This document shows, piece by piece, positions 47,401-60,484 of a stretch of DNA of 64,000 nucleotides. Numbering within the stretch: the stretch's first letter is position 1; the number at the start of each line of letters is the position of its first letter. This DNA comes from Catajapyx aquilonaris (lineage: Eukaryota). A program made the position numbers and the translations under genes. Location of the stretch: NCBI GenBank assembly GCA_000934665.2, contig KZ538312.1:1-64000 (forward strand), read 5' to 3'. The notes beneath the pieces are model-generated. The model saw only the letters and a program-made list of their open reading frames with translations, was not told the origin of the DNA and ran no database searches.

Positions 47401-50400
47401 TGTTTACTCCAACAACCGGTTTAAACTGCTGTGGCCAATGCCTAGTTCTTGGAATTAAAAAATTTGCGACTTCTCTAACTTCCATCTTGTTAAGTCCGGG
47501 TTGTGCGTCCTCCAAATTCCCATCCGGGAAAGAGCCAGATTCTTCGTTGGAGTCTGTAACAATCTTTGACGACTCTTTTCCAGCTGTGAAAGGATCAGTT
47601 TTGCAGTGTTCCGCAATAATCTTTTTAAATTGGAAGTTGTCGCTCATTATATGAAAACGTGAAACTCAGTTGTTAAATAATAATATCCGACCCCCTGAAC
47701 TGTGAAAACCTGGGCTTAACAGTTGAGTATTTTGAGGAACAACTTCCAATACAAATTATTGCGGAACACTGCAAAAATCAATCCTTTTCCTGGAGGCAGT
47801 GCAACCGGACCTTACAGTTCGGGCTTTTGCACCACCGTGTATACTCATGCAATCCGAGAAAACGGATGAACTAAAGAAATAATCTTTAACTAAATAATGG
47901 AGGTAATGGGGGGATGGATGGATTGGAAACGCAAAAATAACACAAAACTTACGGTGGACTGCGACATTGGGACCAGATTCTGCAGGTGGTGTTGGTGTTG
48001 GAAGCGCCGTCGGCCTGAGGAAGGGGAATTAATGGATGGCGGAGAGTGTGGGGAATGGGGAGAATGGGGGTGGGCCAAGGGCGAGGGCGGATGCGGAGAG
48101 TGCGGGTGCGGAGAGTGCGGGTGCGGAGAGTGCGGGTGTGGCGAGTGGGGGCCTCCCATGCCGTGGGGAGAGTGGGGTGAGGTAGAGAGAGGCGAATGGG
48201 GAGATCCCATCGGAGAGTGAGGGAGCGGAAGCGGAGATGAAGACGGAGGGCGGTGTGGCATCATGGGAGGAGGAGGGGTGGTGGAGGGGTAGCCTCCTCC
48301 ACCCCCACTTCCAGGACCACCCCCTGGGATGGGGGAGATTGAGGACGGGGACAAGGTGGAAGGACTGGCACCTTGGGAACTCTGGAAGTATACAGAGAAT
48401 ACGTCTCGGAAATGCTCTCTCTCTCTAACCCATACCGGGCGTTTCTGAAGAAAGTTCGGAGGCGTTCAAATCATTTCCTGGAAATCCACTGCCACTTTAG
48501 CTAGTCTTACAGGGATTCAAATGAAAATCAAATACTGTGCGCCACAAGACAGAACGGCAACAGTTTGTTGAGAATATTTTGGATTATTTTATGCAACAAT
48601 GTGTCAATCCACAAAAAATGAACGTGTACGCCAAGGATCGTTCTTCATTCAGTTAACATCAATCTGGCGAAATATGACCGAAAAGGACACGGAATATTCA
48701 AATCCCTTTTTTTTTCTTCTTCAAAACTGTTCTCATGTGCGTTGACTCATTATTGCGCGACACTGTCCATTTTAGCAAAGATAACTGTCATTAAAACAGT
48801 GAGTAAGCGGCGTGCTACACCAGTGTGAAATATTATTTTTAGAACCTGCTTTTTCCCACTGGTCTGCACATGCTAGAAAGGGCCGAAGATAAAATGCACG
48901 ACAGTGGCGACGGAACAAAATTTGCAGGAAATAATCTGAAGACCCGCATGCGGACGAACTTCATTCACAAACACCGGATTCTGTCCGGGTTGTATAACAA
49001 GCACAAATGCATGTATGCCTGTGTATGCCTTGATAAGGGGCAAAATTCTTCCAATTTTTAGCAGATGTTATGCTATTATGTGCATTAAAAAATTTACTTG
49101 CATGGCCAAATTTCGATGTTTATAAATTAAGAAAGTTTGTCCGTATGTCCCGGGCCTATCTAACACACTTTCGGACTACTGAGAGTCCTGACATTTATCA
49201 CGCTGATGGCTCATTGAGTTGCTGATCGAGGGAAAAGTTCGGAACCCGCACTTTGTCAATTATAAGCATTCGGCCCCTTCGCAAGGCGTGCCAGATAACT
49301 GAAGAACTGGACACACAGGCATAACTACGCTCTGGTCGACAATGCTTCTGGGGTGAAAAAGTCGGTTCCCAAGGTCTGCCAAGGTAGGCAATTAAATTTA
49401 ATTACAGTGCGCTTGGGCGTGTAATAAAATGAGAGGGGGGGAGCGGGGGGATGTCCCACTTGTTTCGGAAGATTCTAGATTCTCGGGTGCATCCATACAG
49501 ATTTCTCTCCCACATAATAAAAAGAGGCATGATTACTCACTGTACTATAGGGCGAACTGCTATGATCTTCCGCGTCGATCGGCGTCTGAAGCGGTGGTGG
49601 GAAGTGGAAGGTGGTCAGGTCAGGTAGCGAGCCAGTGTTGTTGCTTATGGGGATCTGGATGGTGCCCGGCTCTTGCTGGGATGGGAACACACTGAAAGAA
49701 CAGATAAAAATTACTATCCAACTCTCAACACGCTGCGTTCCAAGCATGTTCTAACAAAATTAATCAATCATATTCGCTTTGACTGTGACCCATTATTCAA
49801 AATAAATTATGCAGTTGACTCGGGATATAACAGACTCGAAAGCCCGCCAGAAGGGCCTGTGTATTTTTACTGCTGATGTAACAGAGTCATTTTCACTTCA
49901 TCTCGGGTATAACCGACCGTTTCTGGGCCTCTCGGCAGGAAAATGTGCTGTTATTAATTATTCAACTTCCCTTTCCCACTCGCATTCTTACCTGCCTTCT
50001 GTCCACTAACTTAAATACTCACTTGATTCCTGGTACCCTTGGCACATCACAGCACGACTTCGGCCTTCCTTCCTGAAGACCAGCAATCTGCCTCTTTGAT
50101 GCATCCAGGCTGTCTGGAAGAGCCAGGGCTCCCTGGTGTCCATCCAGAACTTAAAAAAACGAAAGCACTTGATTAGATTATGCAATTGTTTAAATTATTT
50201 TTCGGACCTGCGCGCTATAAGGAAGCGATTTATGATACCCAACTGTCGAGCGTAAGAACTGCGTCAGTATTGTACCTTGTTGAAGTGTCCCCCTCCTCGG
50301 TGGCGTGGGGGAACCTGAGTTGTGCAGGGTTGGCTCAGGAGGTCCCTGCGCATTCTGGTGTAGGGCTGAGTCTGAGTTGGCTCTCCTCCAGTTTGTGTCC

Positions 50401-53400
50401 GGTGGAGGTGACAGGTAGGCCCCGTACCTGTCCGCCCCGTACGGGGAAGTGTCCAGTCGTTGGCGCGCACGTACAGGCCCACCACCCCTCCCTCTGTCTC
50501 TCGGGAACATCATTTGGGGTGAGGTCGACTGCGGAGAAACGGAGGGAGGGTCTCCTCTCACCCCACCGCTCATTCCCATCCCCATGTCGCCTCCTCCCAT
50601 GCTGCCCATCCCACTGTTTCCTCCACCACCCATGCCACCACCCATGCTTTCCGCCGCAGCAATCTCCTCCATGGTGGGAGGCTGGAGAAAAAAAGCAACG
50701 AAACATCAGTATCGCAGGTAAAACCAAGCCTTCACCATATCTAGTCGAACCATTCACACTTTTAACCTACATTTTCGGTTCCTTCTGAAAATACTAAATG
50801 CAACAATGACATTAAAAAAAAAAATTATACACAAAAAAGTATCACTGTATCACCATGCAAAATGAGTCACTGTGCGGCTAATGAAGCAGCCTGAGATGTT
50901 CATGTCTGCGATGATGCTCACAGAGCATGATATATCTCGTGAAATTACTTCAACTGCGAACAAAAATTTAATAACTTAAGTGTAGGAATGGGATCGGAGG
51001 TCAATATGCGACAAAATAAGTCCAAATGATTTCGAAAAACTAAAATCTGAAGCAACGGCTTGCCTGCAATTGTATTAGAACTACTCGCAAGTGTTATGGC
51101 TTTTTTTTTCTTTGGAGTTATTGGCTCCAGAAAAAGAAAGGTGCTTATAAAAACCTGCTCAGGTTACTTCTTGCATTACATTTTTACAGCACAAACTCTC
51201 TGTATGTCACACGCTATGCATATGCAGGTGTGGAAAAATTGCACAGTAATGAACCTCATGTAAACAGTGTTACATAACAATAACCGTAACATACAATTTC
51301 ACAAAACATTTGCGTCCTTGAAAATGCTCTTCGTTTAATGAACAGGCGAATATTTTAGATAATAATTTATCATGGTCAGTTTTCAGTTCTACGAAATCTG
51401 TGCATTTGAATCGTATGAACTTTGCGACGTTGTATACAAATTTGCATTATTTTCTAGTTAACTTGCATCGTTCGCCAACTATTCCTTGCGTACGGAAATG
51501 TCATGGTTGCTGTTTTTGTTATTCTACAGACTAATCTTATTTCTGCAAAAAAAAAGCGTTCGCTGCACAAGGTATATAAGGCAGGCTATTTTTAGCCTCT
51601 CAAAAGAATTAATACCCAACTGATCATGAAGCCCTACACAATCCCTCTTTTGTCGCAAATACTCTGAGTGGGAAAAAAAAGGTCTCCCTTTTGTATACCA
51701 GGATTAGCAGCAAAGCCTACTCTCATATTGTGGACATGGGACTTTTTTCCACGCACGGATACAAAATGTACGTTAAAACAAAATAATACTTATTTCTAAA
51801 AATGTCCGCACCAATCGCACGTTTAGCACCTTTCACACGAAAATAACGGCAGGTTTTAGCAAACAACATTTAATTAATATCAGGCGCTTCTTACGATGCA
51901 AAGTTGATGTACTTAGGGAATAATACAACTTCATATGTTGTAGGTCACACAATACGTTGAACATCATTCCCAATTGTGTCATAACAAGCCATACAAACAT
52001 GACAATATTGGTTACATAACAGGCCAAACATATAAAAAAACAACATTGCGGTAAAGGTGGAGGGGAAAAAATGAGTTACATTCATGCCTGACAGAACGAG
52101 ATGAAGGTTAAACCTACTTCCACGTCGCATTGTTATTATCACTATGTGTGCGCATGAACGCAAAATTTGGTGGAGAAAGCAGTGCAAAAATCTTCATGCA
52201 GTTTTTTTTTTTCTAAGCATGTTGTGCGAATAATCATTACAACATGCTCTCGAATCACAAATCACAATACAGCACACTTCCTGCTTCCCTTCGAATTATT
52301 AAAAAAAAAAGTCATGCCCTATAATCGCATCCATTTATGGTTTCCGACACAATGTATATGGTGCGGCAAGCTTTTAATCGCAACCATTGACTTTTCAGTA
52401 TCTTAAATTTAGAGTGTATTTCCATAAATAGGCAAGCGCAAAAAAAAAAAAATCTGCGTTAACCTTGAGCATATCTTTTTCTCTGTATGCCGTAAGTGTA
52501 GCCACGAACGGGGAGGAGCGAAAAATCCCTGCAGATCCTCTCAACCATGAGCCACCTTTTGCACGGTCGCAATCTTTTCTTTTTACCAAACACCGAGTGA
52601 ACGTCGAAGCGAGACAGACACCTGATGGTCTGGTTAGTAAAGGGCACCAAAAGGGGTTGCACAACTAAGAAGTGGGCAAGCAAAAAAAAAAAACAGGAAT
52701 GGCAAGGCAAAGGGAGGCGGAATATCACTAAAGCCCACCCCAAGGCCAACTATTTTTTACGCAGAGACTCCTCACTTATTCTCCATATCCTAAATATCGC
52801 TGGCTCATTGCAAAAATTGTGAATTTTACAGGATAATAATGACTACGCAATTTCCTTTCGCTGGGTACCAGTTGGGGCAAAACCAGCCGTGTAATGCAGG
52901 AAGTTCAAAGACCTTCAAGTATTTACTGGCTGTTATTTGGCAGGCGAAAAAATTGATAAGCCGCATGAAATCTCCCTCTGAAACAGCCAGGGAATCCCCC
53001 TGGCAAACCTGTGGCCATGGAAGACCTGCTTAGTTAGCTCCAGGCAAAACTGGCCACTTGTATTTTTTTGCAGCATAGTCCAGCTAACTGGTTCTCTACT
53101 TGACCCTCAGACGTAACAAACAAAGCTGAAACACAGTGGATAAAAATGCCAACCTTCAAATGAATGAGCAGGTGCAACATGGACATGACTTATTAATTTG
53201 CACGTAAATACTAAAAACCGCAGCGACAAGGTGACACTTCACATCTTCTTGTTACAGGCTACAAATTGATATGTTGCCAACAGTGCGTACATGTAGCTTT
53301 GCATAATGTTGCGAACTACAATTCTCAGAAGGGGGGGCAGGCGGGTGGGAGAATACTCGTGTTGTTGGGGGGCTAATGACTACCTCGAGACGACTCATCA

Positions 53401-56400
53401 GGCATTGCAAAATATGCCTTTTACTTGCCCTCCACTCGTTCAGATTTTTTTTCCTGCATAACAGCTATCCGCAGCTCCGAGAATATCGGCAAAAAAAAAA
53501 TCCTGCTGTTCCCCATGGCAATAGACAAAATAAAAAGGTAAACACTTTTACCCTTGCAAGCCCATGCAGTTGATATTTCGCATGCAAAGCACAGAGTCAT
53601 GCAACAACAAAAAGCCAAGCCAAACAGCATTTCTTGGCACCATGCAGCATCCAGCTCCTTTGTTTTGATCGCTTTTTTTTTCTTCCCCCCCTCCCTTTCC
53701 TTTTCTAGCTAAACACCTCGGCTTCTTTTTTTTTTTTGCATTAAGTTTTTACCTTGCGGTCAATGGAATTAGTGGCAATCTGGTTGACATTGGGAAGAGA
53801 ACCTCCTCGGTAAGAGCCCAGGTTCTGGGAGATGTGCAGGTGATGCTTGTTAACCGTGTTCACGGGGCTCACCTCCTTCACCTGCAAGAGCATGCCAGGG
53901 GTTTTTTCCAAAGCTCCAAAAAACACACACCCATCACCAGATACAAAACCAAATTCAAAGAAGAAGAAAAAAACGGCAGAACACCAAGAGACAAGAAGAA
54001 GAAAGCTCCCAATTTTTATCGATTTCAAAGAAACGCAGGTTAAACCACAGCATGATCTGATAATTGCAAAGAATGTCGACTACGGCTGGAAATTTTTTTG
54101 TTAGCTGATTAGATGAAAGAAGAAGCGAAAAACAACCTGAGTCGTGATGCAGTTTAAACCGCATTTCACAGTAATTAATAATTATTTTTTAAAAAAATCT
54201 TAGATCTAGATCTAAACTGATATTCCCGTAAAATCCGTAGGCAAGGAAAGAAGCAATACGTCCTTTAAAAAAAAAAAGTAATACACTGTTATAAACCTCT
54301 GCCACATAACAATCCGCACATAAAAGGTGTAAAATGAAGACTGTAAATCAATATCTGATTTCATTACGGCTGAGTGCCCTGAGAAGGTAAAGCAGCTTAG
54401 GAAGCAGCTCGTAAATGGCTGCTTATCATGACAAACGGCTAAGAACATCAACAAATATAATAAGCCCACTACAAGCTAAATGATACGGACTTCAGCAGAA
54501 GCTTGTCCGTCAATAAAAGGATTTTAGTTCGGCACAAAATCGCATTATTTTCCAGAATAAAAATTGCACTAATAGGCGCTATTGTTATGAAAATATTATT
54601 TTTTTAAAAATGTGGTTAACTCCGACTGGTGTACATTATTGTTGATTGGAAAAGGACACACAGCTTACGGGTTAGCCACTTCATATCGCATTCACATCAT
54701 GCCATAAGCAAAAGTAATGTACGGCTCCTAAATATATTTAAAAAAAATATAAATTTCATTCGAATACAGAAGGAGTAAAAGCGTGCCCTACATACCCATT
54801 TATGTGCTCATACTTTGCGAGCAGCGTAAACATTGCGTAAGCACAGTACAAAGATAAGCAAGAATTTAGCTTGTTTGCAAGTTCCATTGACGGAATGTCA
54901 ACAGGCGTGAAGGCTGTTTCTCATCATAATCCGTGTAACGATCAGCACCAATTAAAAAAAAAATACATGCAATTACATGGGTTTTTAATTATTCTCAGAT
55001 GCATATGTCTCATGAGTCATGCACATATTTATATAAAATATTTTTATTAATACCGCCTCTCCATTCAAAAACTGACATGCCATTTGCATAAATGCATTTC
55101 ATGCCATAAATCTTTTTGTACACACAACAAAAATTATGCTGCTCCTAATCGCCACACAAGCAAATGCATGGCATCGCAACAATTATTGTAGTGCAGCGTC
55201 TGACAGTAGATAAGATTTAAAAAAAAAAAATTATCAAGCAGCCGGGGATGTACCTTATTTCTCCACTCGCAACAGGTTCAAAAGCCAAACGCTCATGTAC
55301 GTACTCGTAAAATCTATTTTAAAAATAATAATAATTAAACGATGCCACTTACAACCGAGATTTCGGTGATAAATTTCCTATCATAATGCGGCGATTCGTT
55401 AACATAAAAATCATGCTAGGTACTTGATCATGCACTTTCACCCCTTAAATCTTATCATAATTTGACCATTCCTCTCACACAACATCATAATCTGCAAAGT
55501 GTAACCTTTGCCAACTACAGCCACCTCCACTTCAACGGCCAGACAGGATGTTACCAGTAGGTGACCATCCCGAGATATGGAAACACGGGAAAGTAAATCT
55601 AGTTCGGTCAATAAAATCACGTAATGTGACGAGAAATAATTGAGCGCATTTCAAGGTTACCGGATTGCCGGTTACAGGCGCAGGGGTTAATTACTCGTGT
55701 TATCACGTCCTATATTCACATGTAATCGGGAAGAGGGCTTCCCCCCGGTGATGCCTAATGGATAATGATTATTCCCAAGTATTCATAAGCAGGTGTACAC
55801 TTGAAAGCGACTCAACACCTCAGGCATGCAGAGACACGACTCACATAATTACAAAATTATTGTATTTATTATTGCGGTTTTATAGCAGAATTTTCAACAA
55901 TGCGTCAGCAACAGATGCGGACAGTTATGTCAAATTCTCTCGGATGGAATCTGCCTAGTCATTAACGGTTCTCAACTTGCGGCTGACGTGTGTCTATCAA
56001 ATTCCAGATTCATGCCGCATCGTCTAATACATATCAGTAACATCATCTCTGCATGACTTGACTGCCCTCCGAACCTTCACTGACGTACAGAATGGAAATA
56101 GTTGTCGACCAATGCAAAATTGCAATCGCTTCGGAAAGGCAATTACGGCCATCCAACGGTACGCCACAATTAATGTCAAATTGTCAGCTGCACATTTTAT
56201 GCATTACGATATTATTATTGAACATTTTATTGAACGGCTGGCTCGGTTTAAAAAAAAAAAATGTGCTGATGAAATGGTACGCAACTACTTGTTGCTTTGC
56301 ATAGTTCGGCTGCATGACTTTTAAATGAACTTCTCTGACCCTTTACATTCACGTAGCCTCATTAGTGTCAAAATCGCTTCTCCTCCGCAAAAAAATGCAT

Positions 56401-58422
56401 CCTAGAAATTCCTGTATCTGTAATATCCGTGTCTGTGATATGAAATTAGCATTGACATGCTCTGGAGCGTTAAACCAGAAGGAATTTAATATGTGCATGT
56501 TTCAAGTCTTAACCCGGATGAATATATGGATTGTAGTCGCCTGCTATTACTTGTCGAATTGCCCGCAAGTGGTGAATGGGTACAGAAATAATAATGTGCA
56601 ATATAAATATCAAACTCCAACCCGTAGTAATAATTGTAAACACGGCTGGGGTACGAAACGTGACTATTGTTATGTTAATCCGAATATGATGCAGCTGTCA
56701 GAAGTGGTCGTGAATGCAACAGCGTGAAACCTAGCCCATTTCAACCGTAAGACAATGTCATTGAATACCATTACTGGCGCCGGTAATATTTACGATATCA
56801 GACAACAATGCTGCCGTAAACTACCTTCAATTTGTTGCCGCACCTACTATGTCCCACCCTACAAATATCACTACCGTCAATAATTTCATCACATGCGACA
56901 GCTGCAACAAGCAGAGAGGTGAGTGACCACTCAAACTGCCAGATTCTCGTAAGCAAAACACCTTCAAACAAATCGAGGTATGCAGCATGCACACACTTAA
57001 GAAGTACAACTTTCAATAGGTCCATCACACTAACTGCATGTGTCGGTATACAAGTGCAACATTAAATGTCGTTACCAAATGTGCACAGTACATCACATGA
57101 AATACGCTGCATGTGTTGGTACAAGTACACATGCACCGTACACTACACTGCATGTTACGAGTGTCACATGTAATGTACATGCGTTATGTAGCTACAAGTG
57201 CATAACATGTAATTATCATTACAAGCGTGTATGAGTACATCACACTGTGTCGCTACAAGTGCGTACAGGCATGTAGTTAAAAGTGCATACCAGCGAATGA
57301 GTATGCCACATGTAACGTACAAGTGCGTACCGCTGCGTCACATAGCTACAAACCACATGTAACACACACATGTAATGTACGAGTACGCCGCATGTGTAAC
57401 GTCGCTACCAGTACGTACCAGTATGCACAATATAACATACATTATGCTGCATGTGTACGAGCATGTCACATGTACACTATGCTGTGTGTTACAAGTATGT
57501 CACATGTAACGTACACTACTCTGCATGTACTACAAGTGCGTACCGCTGTCACATATAACACACACATCTAACGTAGCTACAAGTGCACACAATTACGCTG
57601 CATGTACCAGTATGCACCATGTAACATACATTACGCTGAATGTAACGTACATTACGCTGAATGTAACGTACATTACGCTGAATGTAACGTACATTACGCT
57701 GAATGCAACGTACACACGTACCACTATGCAACGTACATTACGCTGAATGCAACGTAAACACGTACCACTATGCAACGTACATTACGCTGAATGTAACGTA
57801 AACACGTACCACTATGCAACGTACATTACGCTGAATGTAACGTACATTACGCTGAATGCAACGTACATTACGCTGAATGTAATGTACACATGTACCACTA
57901 TGTAACGTACATTATGCTGAATGCAATGTACACACGTACCACTATGTAACGTACATTACGCTGAATGTAACGTACATTACGCTGAATGTAACGTACATTA
58001 CGCTGAATGCAATGTACACACGTACCACTATGTAACGTACATTACGCTGAATGCAACGTACACACATACCACTATGTAAGGTACATTACGCTGAATGCAA
58101 CGTACACACGCACCACTATGTAACGTACATTACGCTGCATGTACATGCGTACCACTGTGCAACGTAGCTACGAGTGCGTACCAGTACATCGCACGTACCA
58201 TAATGCGGTGCCACATGCACTGTACACTGTGTGCGTTCCATGATGCGTACCAATGTTGTGCTCATGCCAACCATCCCCTTTTCCCAAAAACAATCCTTCC
58301 TTCCTCACCCTGCTGGTGGCGTCCGAGACCTCCCGCATGATCTGCTCGAACGCCGCCGTCTCCTCCGCCTGCTTCTGGTTGTGCAGCGCGATCTTCTCGC
58401 TGAACTTCCGAGGCGTCGCCAT
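41451..58422 (-). CDS. Crtc: CREB-regulated transcription coactivator (CRTC/TORC)
   Basis: Exons 58422-58309, 53881-53753, 50681-50276, 50149-50023, 49691-49541, 48381-47953, 46715-46659, 45928-45764, 44455-44375, 44232-44029, 43645-43568, 42586-42322 and 41695-41451, GT-AG and in phase (small middle exons less certain). Motifs: [64 protein letters not shown] and the C-terminal GLQMLTD...EDNFRLDRL. Confidence 0.95.
44750..45590. repeat. Intronic minisatellite, ~52 bp unit, with an internally inverted block
   Basis: Unit TGTGGGGACATCCTCCAATTCGTGGGGACATTTTGGTCCCCACAGTTTAACC. Orientation is reversed at ~45305-45375. Confidence 0.9.
47494..47811. mobile_element. PIF/Harbinger-like MITE in a CRTC intron
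   Basis: TAA-GTCCGGGTTG ... GCAACCGGACC-TTA ends, with internal inverted TTTTGCAGTGTTCCGCAATAAT / ATTATTGCGGAACACTGCAAAA. Confidence 0.6.
57030..58255. repeat. Tandem repeat, 21 bp core (AACGTACATTACGCTGAATGT) with degenerate flanks, in CRTC intron 1
   Basis: Homogeneous units at ~57620-58140. Confidence 0.9.
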
Positions 58423-59003
58423 TCTCTCTCCCGAAACACACAAACACTCTGCTGCACAATCACTTTTTCTTCATATACATTTAAAAAAAGAAGAAGAAGT
58501 GTTCCGTCGTCGTCGTCCCCCCCACTTCTTCTCAGCTCCTTTTCTTACACCGAGCCCCCGCCATCAAGGGGGGTCTGTGTAGCTACACACTGTGGAATTA
58601 TTTGTTGCACTTTTTAGCTAGTGTTGTAATAAGGGAGGGGGGATCGTGTCTAGGGCAGCAGGACAGGTGATGGAGGCAGGAGGTGGGGGAGCACCACTGT
58701 TGTGCAGCGGGCGGAGGATGGAACGCAAATGGATGTTCCAAAATGGCCGATTAGCTGCTGGGGACCAATCAGATCGGGGGTGTGTGTCTTCAGAGATGCG
58801 CTTCGTGCAGCGTCCGGAAGGGGCGCGGGTACGCACCCCGGGGTTCTAAAAAAAAAGTTCTAAGAAAAACGCCCCGAAGAACACACAACAGAACACTTTT
58901 TTTAAAAAAAATCCGAATCCGGTCACCAAGTTCAAATTGAGCGCGCTTATTATTAGTCTGGTTCATCCACAATCGCATAGCTGCTGCTAAGTCGAAATCC
59001 AAG
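58423..59003. promoter_or_regulatory. Putative bidirectional promoter between Crtc and MAIP1
   Basis: The divergent start codons are separated by 581 bp. YY1/Pho-like AAAATGGCCG at ~58740, CCAAT at ~58765, and AAGATGGCGGC overlapping the MAIP1 ATG. Confidence 0.6.
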
Positions 59004-60484
59004 ATGGCGGCCTGCAGAGTCCTGCTGTTGAATCGCTGCCTTCCTTTTCGAACGTGTTTGGCCCCGGGGTTGGCCCCGGGGTGGTGGCCCGGGGGCAGAA
59101 GGTACGTGCATGATGAGCAGCCCAAGAGGAGGACGCTGCCGGCGATGATGGAGTTTCCGGAGGTGCTGTGGCCCAGCTTCATTAACAGCGTGCGGAACTG
59201 GGTGCTGGCCACTTTCATCATCAGGCCTTACTTCGACAGGGATTTCAGCGTGTCTGAGTTCGTCAGGGGAGCTAAACATGTGAGGGGAAATGGGCATTGG
59301 CATCAGGAAAAGGGGTTGAACATGCAGCTGTACCGAGGGGTAAATCACTCGGCAGTTGAGCGTACAACGGACTTGTAAAGAGCCCGACTTGGCCGGACAT
59401 GGTCGGACTTGTCGGACTTGGGACGGACTTGTCGGGCTTGGGACGGGCTTGTCGGGCTTGGGACAGACTTGTCGGACTTGTCCCCGGACTTGGTCGGACT
59501 TGGGCCGGACTTGGGCCGGACTTGAGCCGGACTTGGGCCGGACTTGTCGGACTTGAGCCCGGACTTGGTCGGACTTGGGCCGGACTTGGTCGGACTTGGG
59601 CCGGACTTGGTCGGACTTGGGCCGGACTTGGTTGGACTTGGGCCGGACTTGTCGGACTTGAGCCCGGACTTGGTCGGACTTGGCGCCAATCGTACAACGG
59701 ACTTGACGAGTGATTTACCCCTTGAGCTGTACACTGTAAACTGCAAGCCATTAAAAGAACATTACCAATGAATCGCCCATGGAGCACCTTTTAGTTCAAC
59801 AAAATAGCATTCAGTGGGACACTAGCGATGCTCTTTTAATGGTTTGCAGGTGTATACATAAGCATTTGTGTTGCGTGTGGCGTACTGGTACGCACCTGAA
59901 GCGACAAATGTAGAATAATGTTAACACGTAGCGACGTACGTAGCCTGTACGTTACATGTGACAGCAATTAAAATTATTAATAATATTGCATTGTTCTCTA
60001 GGCGCTGGTGTACGTATCGGAGCGATTGGCTGAAGGCGACTTTGCGTCGTTGGAAGGACGGGTTGAATCCACTGCGCTACGGCAGGTCAAATCTGCAGTC
60101 TCCACCTTCTCGATGCAGCAGCGGCAGTCCCTGTCAGTCCGGATTGAGGATGTATACTTCGCTTTCCCATACCAAATTGGGGTCATATTCGACGAGCAGC
60201 GACCACAGGAACAGCAGAGATACGTCGAGATTACAATGTGCTACCATGTGTTCAGAGGACTTGGCGAGATGAGGAAGCGGGGAGACCAGCCGTCCGCCTA
60301 CCTTCTTGGGGACGTATCGGCCGGACGGAGGGGAGGCGACGATGATCAGGAGGATCTGGAGAAGGCGAAGGAGCGGATCATGGTCTGCAACTACAGGTTC
60401 ATCCGGGAGTTCACCAAAGGAGTGCAGGGAGATTGGTTGATTAATGTGGTGTCGCATTTTAAGCCAAACGAGGTCTTTGCTTGA
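59004..60484 (+). CDS. MAIP1: m-AAA protease-interacting protein 1 (C2orf47-like), mitochondrial, ~252 aa
   Basis: Exons 59004-59279 and 60002-60484 (phase 0). Arg/Leu-rich presequence, IIRPYFDRDFSVSEFVRGAKHALVYVS..LAEGDF and C-terminal VCNYRFIREFTKGVQGDWLINVVSHF. Confidence 0.85.
59336..59722. mobile_element. MITE-like element filled with ~10-11 bp GGACTT(G) tandem repeats, in the MAIP1 intron
   Basis: TIR GGGGTAAATCACTCG / CGAGTGATTTACCCC, with internal CGGACTTGGGC / CGGACTTGGT repeats. Confidence 0.7.
59742..59850. mobile_element. Small MITE-like inverted repeat
   Basis: CTGCAAGCCATTAAAAGAACAT / ATGCTCTTTTAATGGTTTGCAG. Confidence 0.5.

Noticed and set aside
59272..59787. ORFs with SPAQVRP / SPTKSGP repeats resembling a Pol II CTD or mucin
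   Set aside because: They are translations of a tandem repeat inside an intronic MITE.
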